Assembly (NCBI GenBank): GCA_044892525.1
Contig: CM097885.1
Span: forward strand, 37,140,001 to 37,204,000
DNA length: 64,000 nt
Reading direction: 5' to 3'
Source of the DNA: Schmidtea polychroa
Lineage: Eukaryota
A program made the translations under genes and the position numbers. Shown piece by piece: positions 54,491 to 64,000 of the stretch. The first letter of the stretch is position 1. Each line of letters begins with the position of its first letter. The notes beneath the pieces were generated by a model that was not told the DNA's origin, did not search any database, and saw only the letters and a list, made by a program, of their open reading frames with translations.

Positions 54491-57190
54491 TTGTATCTAA
54501 TATGTCATTTAATTTATTATCATTTAATTGTTTAATATTATTATTATTATTTATTCTTATTGATAATATAAATTTAAGTAAATTAACCGATTTATTTTTT
54601 ATTTTCTATTGAATTTCCAATTAATTAAAGCATCTAATCTCGAAAGCTATTTACGCTCATGAATTTGATTATTGCTGTAAAAGAGACCCAAATTATAACT
54701 CCCCTCAGCTCCTCAAAGATAAAATTTGTCACAACTAATAAATGTATATCAATTGCAAAATCTGCTATTGGTCTCGTTATCTTATCTCATGATTATTGCC
54801 ATTTCAAGAAATTATAAACAACATTGAAAAGTCAATTGTAGGTTACATGAAAATATCTTCGGAATAGGGACGATGTCCCCATTCTATGTTGCAATTATGA
54901 TCTGTCAATCTCTGAAAACATTTTCATGATAAAATTTTGCCAGGGAAATTTCACAGTAATTATTCTATCTGCCGGTTGGGCAAAATTCTTAATATTAACC
55001 AATAACTTGTCGATAATACATATTAATTGAAGCGCTATGGGAATGCTTCCTAATATATATATAGTTTACATATTTCGTGACACAAAGGAGGTAATAGTTC
55101 ATTTCTAAAATTTAAACAATGGAATGAAAGACAAGAATTCATTGAGATATAGAGAAAGCTCTCTGTAAAAACAATTTCTTAATATTTTAATAATAATTTA
55201 ATTCTTGTTAGAATATATTTTAAATATTTTAAAACTAAATGTAAAATTTAAAAAAGGATAAAAATATGTTATTTGTTTTAATATATATATAAAGCCAGAA
55301 TCTTTTAAAAAGTATACATTTTAAACAAAACGCAAACTAGAAAATTATATTGTTTTCTTAAATTGCAATCATGATATAAATAAATATTGTTGATACTTAT
55401 TTTTTACTAATACACTTTCTAAAGTAATCACTAAGGTTAGTCAATCCATTCAGTCGACAATGCTCATGAACTCGAGTGCAAATATAGTATGTAGTCTCTC
55501 AATTGTATGTGGCATTATACACATTTCATGAAAATTGATACACGAGTTCAGATTATCGATCAAATGGAGGTACATGTTTAATAGTGCACATGCTACTAAT
55601 TTGCAAGACGTGGAAATTATCCTAAACTGAGTTTTGTCTAATGTTTGAGGATTCAGGCCTAAATTATCTGAAACACACAGAAAAAAGCAATACCAAAACA
55701 TCTCTCGGCTTTTTTTGATTAAATTTATTTTTTACACCTTCCGAAATAATATTTTTATTTGCATATTTTGAATACAGTTTAGAAACGATTATTTTTGATA
55801 AATGTTTAAATATTCCTTTTTTATCAGTTATTAGTTGTTTATGTGAACTGCAGCTGCACTTAAAGGGTTAAGAAGACAGATAAGCGGTCGAATTATATAG
55901 CACAATGTTGTTAAATATACTTAATTGGCGTATTTCAATTATTAAAATTTTGCTATCTTTCTTTGATTAATTATTATTATTATTATCATTATCAATATTA
56001 TTATTTAATTATTATTGTGTTATATTTGCAATTAGATATGATTTATTTTTATAAAAATAAATTCACAGTCACAACGGCATAGATGCACTTTTGAGTTGTA
56101 CATTTGTATCTTATTTTTATAATAACACAATTAAAAAATAATTTTAAAGCTATTTAGTGGTTTAATTTTTATTGAAATATTCTTTTTCGATCTCCTCTGT
56201 GAAATGCTTATTTTTTCTGTGGAAATCAGATTGTTTACAGAGTCATCTAAATTAAACTGGATATTCCACACATAATTTTATACTATATATCATGTAACAG
56301 AATATATACTCCATCGGATAGATCAATATGTACGCAATGGTATATAGTAAGGACTCCAACGCACTTTCAAGTACAATGTCATGAAATGTCAAGATTAAAT
56401 ATAGGCCAATCGAATCATTTTTTTTAATTTAAATTTTATTTAATTAATTCTATTTAATTATTTAATTTATTACATTTTATTATATTTTTATTATATTTTT
56501 ATTATTATTTGATTTTAATTAATACTTTTGTTAATTTTTAATTTATTACATTTATTAATTAATTATTTTATATATGTTTATTATTATTTTATTTTAATTT
56601 AATTACTTCTATTTAGTTATTTTATAATAATTTTATTAATTACTTATTTTAATTACTTATGATATTTAATTATTTTTTTTAATTCGGTTTAAATCTTAAT
56701 GAATTTTAATTATAATTAATATTATTATTACAAGGTGCTTATATTTTTTTTGAATAAAGGTTGTAATAGTTAATTAGTTCGTTATTATTATTTAGTTGAA
56801 TTATAATAATTTTATTTACCTGTCATTTTTTCATACACAACACGCACCCCGATTGTCCCACCACATTTTTTAATGGTGACTCTATCAGGCTCTTCAGATT
56901 TCTACACCCAATCACAAATCATATAAATACTGCTGTATAAATAAATAGGGATATACAAATACGGCAATACTAACAAAATACCAATAGCTAAAAATACATC
57001 CTGAACCTTACAATAATCACTAATGTTTTCATGATTTTCTCTTTCTAACAAACGCAATTTGTAGAAAATCATTTTTTGAACCCTTAGCGATTTCGCGAGT
57101 CAAGTTGTCAAACTAAGGAATAACTCATGAAAATGAGTGTCGGAAAAGTCTATTGAAAATTATATTTTAAGTAAATATGTCAGTTAATAA

Positions 57191-57496
57191 CCCTTTCACT
57201 GTCTAGCCCATTTCCGATGACTGGCCTGTGACGTGACTGTGCATAAAAATTAAAAAAGCAAGTAATTGATAAACAGTTGTTAAATGGGTAAGTTTCCCAT
57301 AAAATTGTATGCAAAGAGCTTCAAAGAAAACGTATGTATTCCTCTTACGCCCACATAAAGTAAGGTAACCTAAATACGACGCATCATAAAATTAGAATTA
57401 TTTTAGTGGATGGGGTTTTGAGTATCATATATGATGCACGGGCGTCACACTGAAACGGTGTGAGTATCATATATGATACTCTAGACAGTGAAAGGG
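57191..57496. mobile_element. 306-bp piggyBac-type MITE
   Basis: Perfect 16-bp TIR CCCTTTCACTGTCTAG; flanks ATAA/TTAA; subterminal direct repeat TGAGTATCATATATGAT x2. Confidence 0.88.
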
Positions 57497-58216
57497 TTAA
57501 AACAGTATATTGGAAATAATTTATAAAAAAATATAAACTAGAAGTTCCAGTCAATAATCTTATGCTTTACGAAAAGTAAAGACACAAAAATAGTAGAATT
57601 ATTATAACTTGAGATGAATTTAAAAGATTCCAAGAAAATGGAAACGATCGAAAAATGTTCCAACTTGATAGTATCCAGAAATACAAATCTCACCTTCATA
57701 TTGATATAAATATTTTCATTTGTAAATAATTTTGGGAATTTTATTTTGTCGTATTTTATCATTTAAATCAAAATAAATATTGTTAATAAATCTCAAAATA
57801 TTAAAGAATGAACAAAACTGTAAACATTGAAAGTGCAAAACTCATAAATTGATGCGTAAGACATGAGAAGAATCATAAAAACTCTTATTTATTCATAGAC
57901 AAATTTTCAAGTAAATATTTTTGAAATAGTTAAAGTTTTAACCGAAAGAAGCATAAAAATACATTTGATCTTTCATAATCCAATTAGCAAGTAATGTAGA
58001 ACACGAAGTTAATGCAACAACTTCCGCTTATGTCTTAATTTACATGAATTTATAGAGGAAATAATTTTTAATTTCGATAAATATAAAATGAATAATTATA
58101 AATATAAATAATAATAATAATAATAATTTATTATTATTTATTTATTTTATTTAATAATTTTATTCAAAAAAAGATACTGAATTCTTTTGAAAATTTAAAA
58201 AGCTAATTTAATATTA

Positions 58217-58369
<153 letters not shown>

Positions 58370-60113
58370 ATAAAACCTTTATAAGAAATGTCATTGCACT
58401 TATCAAAATATAAACAAACAGTTCTTATATAAAAACAGCTTAAATTGAAATGTTATCATACATTCCATATTGACGCCAATAAATTTTATGTGAAAAAGTA
58501 TGGCAATAAAAATTTTGTATTAATTTTATTATTAATATTCTTAGTTAATGAAAGGTTTTTCATTGACACGGGCTAGTATCATATGTCCAACCGTCTTCTG
58601 ATTTTCCAAAATCCTTGATTCTCGTTGAATGTGATTTTTATTCGTTTTAATATCCATGAAAAAATTCACTTTTCAGTTATTTAATATTTTTTTCAGATTT
58701 GCCGAAAGTAAAAAATAATATTTTAAAATTTAATTGCAATCAGTATAATTGTTTATGCCTCCTCCAGACTAATCATGAAAGATAATAAAAAGGGGTTGTA
58801 GGAACAAGAGAACTGGAGAGTATTAAAAATTAGAAAAACATATCATTTTCAGCATCACCTACAAATTTGTTTTTGAATTTGTTTTTAGGTAAGAAAAATT
58901 ACATTGAAAACGAATACAATTAGCATGAGGAAAGGAACAAAAAGTGAGAATAATATCTTATATCAAAATCACTGTAATATAATCAAAATTTGTTCAAATC
59001 ATTTTTTTGGAATTATAAATTTTATTTCAAATCTTACTAGTCAACTAAATGGGAAATAATATATTAGACATTTTTGTACATTTTGTGAATAGTGGCAATA
59101 CGATTGAATTCATCCTAAAGAATATATGAAAAAGCATACCAACAAAACCATTCGAGGTCTTTCAAATTTGGAAATAAACGAAGAAACTGTGGTCGTAAAA
59201 AATTGTTTCTCATATCAACTGCGCCGCATGGGAACATTAGCCAGAGTTGAGTCAACCCTATATGATTTCAGTGTCAAAAAACTATTAGATAATGATATTA
59301 GAGAATTCTAAGAGTGAAAAAGAAATATTAGCATTGAAGTTAAATGGCGTCGTTCATTATTTAAAATCAAAATATATAATGAAAAATATTTATTTATTCA
59401 TTCATTTTTATATTAAATTATTTTTATATTAAATCAAATACAATTTTGACATATACATTTATAATTAACTAGTCCTGTTTAAACAATATATACAGAGTAG
59501 ATGGATGTGGCACCGCAAAACCATGACTCCGCAAGACCATATAAGCCCCTACCAACCTTATTAAATGTTTTTAACGTCAAATTTTAAACAAAGACATATG
59601 ACTCATCAAGGTCATTGAAACGAAGACTATGACTCATCAGATGACTCATTCAAGGTCATATAACTCATCCGATCAATCAGCAAGGTCATTGAAACAAATA
59701 CCATGACTCATACGATGACTCAATAAATTATTATCAATAAATTATTATTGTTTTAAAAATATTATTATGTGGTCTTGGGGACTCATTTTCTTTGAAATTC
59801 TCAAAAATGAGTCATACATTCTCAAGGTCATATGAGTCATGCGGTGAGTCATCAAAAATTATTATTATTTTTAAAAATATTATAAGGTGGTCTTGCGGAG
59901 TCACACTTTTTGTCACCCCAAAGTTTAGTGTTCAATCATTCGATTATATTGAACGATGAATCATTTTAAACCCTAGTTAATGAGCTATAGATATCATTAA
60001 TATCAATATTATTTTTAAAGATATTAACAATTTTCCAAGACCATGTTTCAAGATCATATTATTATTTTCCAAAATATTATTTTATTTATTATTATTATTA
60101 ATATTAATATTAC

Positions 60114-60225
<112 letters not shown>

Positions 60226-60487
60226 ATATGCATTTGCATCCTGACTGCAACATACATTTTCAAAATGAAGACACATTATAAGGAGTTTAAAACCATATTA
60301 CTCTTTCCATCATTAGATACTTATAGACTTTAATATTTATTACCAATATTATTATTGTTAATTATAAAAAGTATCTAAAGATAAAAAGAGTAATGAAAAC
60401 TATAACGAGTTTTCAATAATAAAAATTTTCTATATTATAAAAATCAAGCCAAAATAAAATTTTGTAAAAAGATATATTAATATTACA

Positions 60488-61652
60488 TTATTCACTTAAT
60501 AAATCATCGTCGATATCAACGTAATTATCAATATTTACATTAATATTGTCATCAGAATCATAAAAGATCGGGCTCATGCCGCCAAAAAGCGGACCAACTT
60601 CAAATCTATTATTCTGTGATTCATCATCATCATCAAAGCTCGGGCTCATTCCGCCAAAAAGTGGACTAACGTCAGATACCTGGTCAATATCTGGAACATT
60701 GACTCCTAAATAATGTCCATATACGAGACTCGTATTAGGACCCACCCATGGCCGCTTGTCATCATTGTTCGACAACGCTATTTTATTATTCTTAAAAGTA
60801 AAGAGCTGGTGATTGCGGGTCCCTATTATCGTTTTTGGCACCGTATATACTATGATGTTGTTGTAGCAGTCTAAATAAGATTGGTGCCCTATCTCAGTGT
60901 TCTCTAAGTGAACTCCTTTAGCCCTAAGTGTTGCCTTATCTCCTAACAAACTATAACACTTAGGGATCAAAGAAAACCCACTCACTATAGGCTATAGCCA
61001 GCCCTTTACTCTCATCCTTAAACTTTTCTATTACCGAATCCAATCTCTTAGAATACAAAGAATGAGCAGGATCGTAATTCGATGTATCTAGAAGGCTGTC
61101 TCTTATCATTGCCGGCAAAAGAGTGTCAAGCTTACAGTACTTTATCTCTAAGAAAAAGGAGTCAGTGTCGCCGACAACAATATTTATTTCGCAATTAAAC
61201 TCTGTCCTATATTTCGCCAGTTCATTATATTGGAGCTGGTACATCCTCAGTTTAGACAAATCTAGTACTGATTGACTGATGTAACTAGGTCTGTCTAAAC
61301 ACATAGAGTCTTTAATCAGATGTGCCTCAATCAAGTCCTCATCTGTTCTGATTGATTTCCTGAAAATTGGCTTTGAGGCATATACAATCATCTTTTCAGT
61401 TGAATTGCATAAATTCATCCTTTTCTTTAAGTTCTCAGCAGATTTCCCGTATAAGCTGTTTTTATAAAGCTTAAGCAAATCTCTATATAACTCACTGGTT
61501 GATTGGGCTCTTAATGTGGTGATTTTATTTATATAAGAACGAAATATAGGTGCTTGCGTGAATTTAACTGCTCTATAAATTTTAGCAACCGTCGCACCGA
61601 GTGAAAGATAAAGTTTAAGAAGCTTCCAATGAAGAACATGGTTCAGCTTCTT
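60488..61652 (-). pseudogene. polB: Polinton-type family B DNA polymerase, C-terminal part, one frameshift near 60975
   Basis: HWKLLKLYLSLG..VKFTQ, KLYKNSLYGK (motif B), VGDTDSFF (motif C), KFKDE, KCYS, RAKGV, KIALSNNDDKR. Confidence 0.9.
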
Positions 61653-61659
61653 AATTCTT

Positions 61660-61790
61660 AACCAATGAGAATTAAAAAAAGGGAAATAAAAGAAAGATAG
61701 AAATGTAATTTTGGGGAGAAGATTGCTAAATTCCAGGAGATGGACAAGAACTATCTTATAGTCGAAAACATTTTCATTAAATACATTATT
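61660..61790 (+). mobile_element. Family D PLE pseudo-LTR fragment with decayed hammerhead, at the PolB break
   Basis: Homologous to 54365-54490; GAGA TGGACAA G AACTAT ctt ATAGTC GAAA ACATT TTC. Confidence 0.6.
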
Positions 61791-61837
61791 TGCAGCAAAA
61801 GGCTTAAATTATCACTTTATTGTATTATTATTATTAT

Positions 61838-62462
61838 TATTAATACTTTGAACCTGTATTCGAAAATAATAATAATTTGCAACCATTACCCATAGAGGGA
61901 CAAAATATCTTGTCGGATAAACTCGGAGTATATATATTAACAATAATAATAATCATATATTAAGAATATACACCCGTGTTAAACAAAACATGTGCAGTAG
62001 GTATGCATGACTAACATATCGAATGTGATATAGAATGTGTGTAAAATTCTCCCTTAATTAATTACTCCTTATTGACAATTTTCTATACAGGCACACATCC
62101 ACTTTCAACCCAAAAACATAGATTTTCATAAATTTTAAAGAAATTTACATGTATTTTGATAAAATTTCATATTTTTCTTTTAGCCCTAATATATTGCTCC
62201 TTGAAAACACACAATAATTGTCTACCCCATAACTTAAAGTATGTGTGTAAATATAAATATTTTAGGTTTTTCACTAATATTTGCAATAATAATAATAATA
62301 TCTTTAAAAATAATAATAAAAATAACATTGATAATAATAATAATATTTTGAACTTGTATTTGAAAATAATGATAATGTACATTTTGCAACATGTTGAGTG
62401 TGAGTAGTACCCTTGTGAGCAGTACCCATAAAGGAAGAAAATATCTTGTCGGATAAACTCTG
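61838..62462 (+). repeat. ~100-bp direct repeat (61838-61930, 62338-62462)
   Basis: tttgaac.tgtatt.gaaaataat...tacccata.agg.a.aaaatatcttgtcggataaactc in both; the second copy ends at (TA)n 62467-62514. Confidence 0.75.
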
Positions 62463-62463
62463 A

Positions 62464-62518
<55 letters not shown>

Positions 62519-63743
62519 GAGGTTTGAAAAAATCCAAAGGTTTTTAACCCTATGAAGGTTATTGCCCCACCATAGTAGATGGTCTCAACTACTCATCTCT
62601 CAAATACCTTTCAAATGAGCTATCAAATAATAAAATGGGTTGGTCGGAACTCTGAATATTTTAAATTTCAAATATGACCTTGAAATATGGTCTTGGAAAA
62701 TAGTTAATATCTTTAAAAATAATATTGATATTACTGATATCTATAGCTCATTAAAAAGGTCTTGCACTAGGGTTTAAAATGATCCATCGTCCAATATAAT
62801 CGAATGATGAGCACGGAAGCGTTAGGGCATTCCACCCTTCACTTGCCATCGCCCACAGTGGGTTCAAAAAGTTACAGAGTTAACTGCGCCGATAAACTGC
62901 CCCATTTCTTATAAGTCAGAATATATTAATGATTTTACTGCCTTGCAGGTTATGTTCTTGACTGTGAGCCGAATATTTAGTTTCTGCCAGATTCGGCACT
63001 ACTATGGATTCCGCTATTTTGTGAATTTATTTCGTTTATATTATAACTTCCATTCATAATTTTTCTTTCGGCTATTTTCTCATGAAATCTTTCTATTTCT
63101 AGTTTCTATTTTCCTTTATCGTCATAAATTCGAATTTGCCTACTTCTAGTTATTTACTTATGTTTTTTTCGTGCAATACTTTGTGCTTTTGTTATTAAAC
63201 ACTTTACTTTTGTATTTCCAAATTTTGATGTTGTGTAGTTTCTTTTAATGGGTTTATTTGTTTTTACTTGTTTTTTATTTTTATTTCACTTAGGCCTATA
63301 TCTGAGTGTTGTTTTTGCACATTCTGATCAAAAATCATGTTTATTTGGGAATAAAATCAAATTTTAGCCAATATATTATATACTAAAACTATATTAACGC
63401 TTTCAAATGTATTGGGATCTGGAATTTCAGTACTGCACGACCATAGGTCTTTAGACAAGTATATTCCTGTAATATTTTTTGTTATACTTAGTTGATGAAA
63501 ATCTTATCAAAAGAATTTCATGGATTATAGAAATTCGTATTGAAAGGGTTAACGCACCTTTTTACAAATTGATCAAAATTCTATATTTAATAACTGGCTT
63601 TCCCCTTCATTTTGATTTGAATCTTTTATGTGACAATTTTCCAATATCTTATTATTTTCTTATATTTTTCTTTTATTTTCAAGAAAGTTTTGTGTTCGTT
63701 TTAAATTTATGGAATTATTAAATTAATATATTTTAGTATTATA

Positions 63744-64000
63744 TTAGGTTGGTAAATAAGTATTGTCATTTTCTGCTTATTTAAACGTATAATATTTGTT
63801 TAAATGCTTCAATATTTAATACCATATTGTATATCAATTTAAATTCAGCTCAGTAATTTGATAACAATATTTCACGTTTATATTGGTAATATTTATATTA
63901 TTTAATGTAATTAATCAATGATGAAAAGTAACGAGATCCGAGCACTTTACCTATATGAATATAAACGAGGTTTGAAATCATCAGATAGAGCTTCCAATAA
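63744..64000 (+). mobile_element. mariner transposon left end and transposase start (runs off the window)
   Basis: TA|TTAGGTTGGTAAATAAGT TIR; ATG 63918 MMKSNEIRALYLYEYKRGLKSS. Confidence 0.8.

Noticed and set aside
62853..62885. CACAGTG RSS/Transib-like heptamer
   Set aside because: No nonamer, and no matching inverted end found in the window.

Overview
Very AT-rich eukaryotic DNA made almost entirely of transposon relics and (TA)n/(AAT)n microsatellites. It is probably invertebrate; a planarian-like flatworm is my inference, not proven. No intact conserved host gene is evident. Recognisable relics: two pogo/Tigger elements, hAT elements and MITEs, a Buster hAT with a nested (TTAGGG)n-bearing piggyBac MITE, Gypsy fragments and LTRs, a mariner end, a Polinton/Maverick-type DNA polymerase B remnant and a decayed actin pseudogene. 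The main hidden theme is Penelope-like retroelements (PLEs). About a dozen minimal hammerhead ribozyme (HHR) motifs, intact or decayed, fall into four sequence families, including U3-A8 core variants and an extra base after A9. They sit in pseudo-LTRs that form inverted repeats and end in microsatellites. The best candidate for something new is a ~1 kb insertion at 32282-33293: a 13-bp direct repeat at both ends (candidate TSD), an inverted 5' copy of its own tail, a 3' hammerhead, and a RING-finger ORF instead of RT/GIY-YIG.
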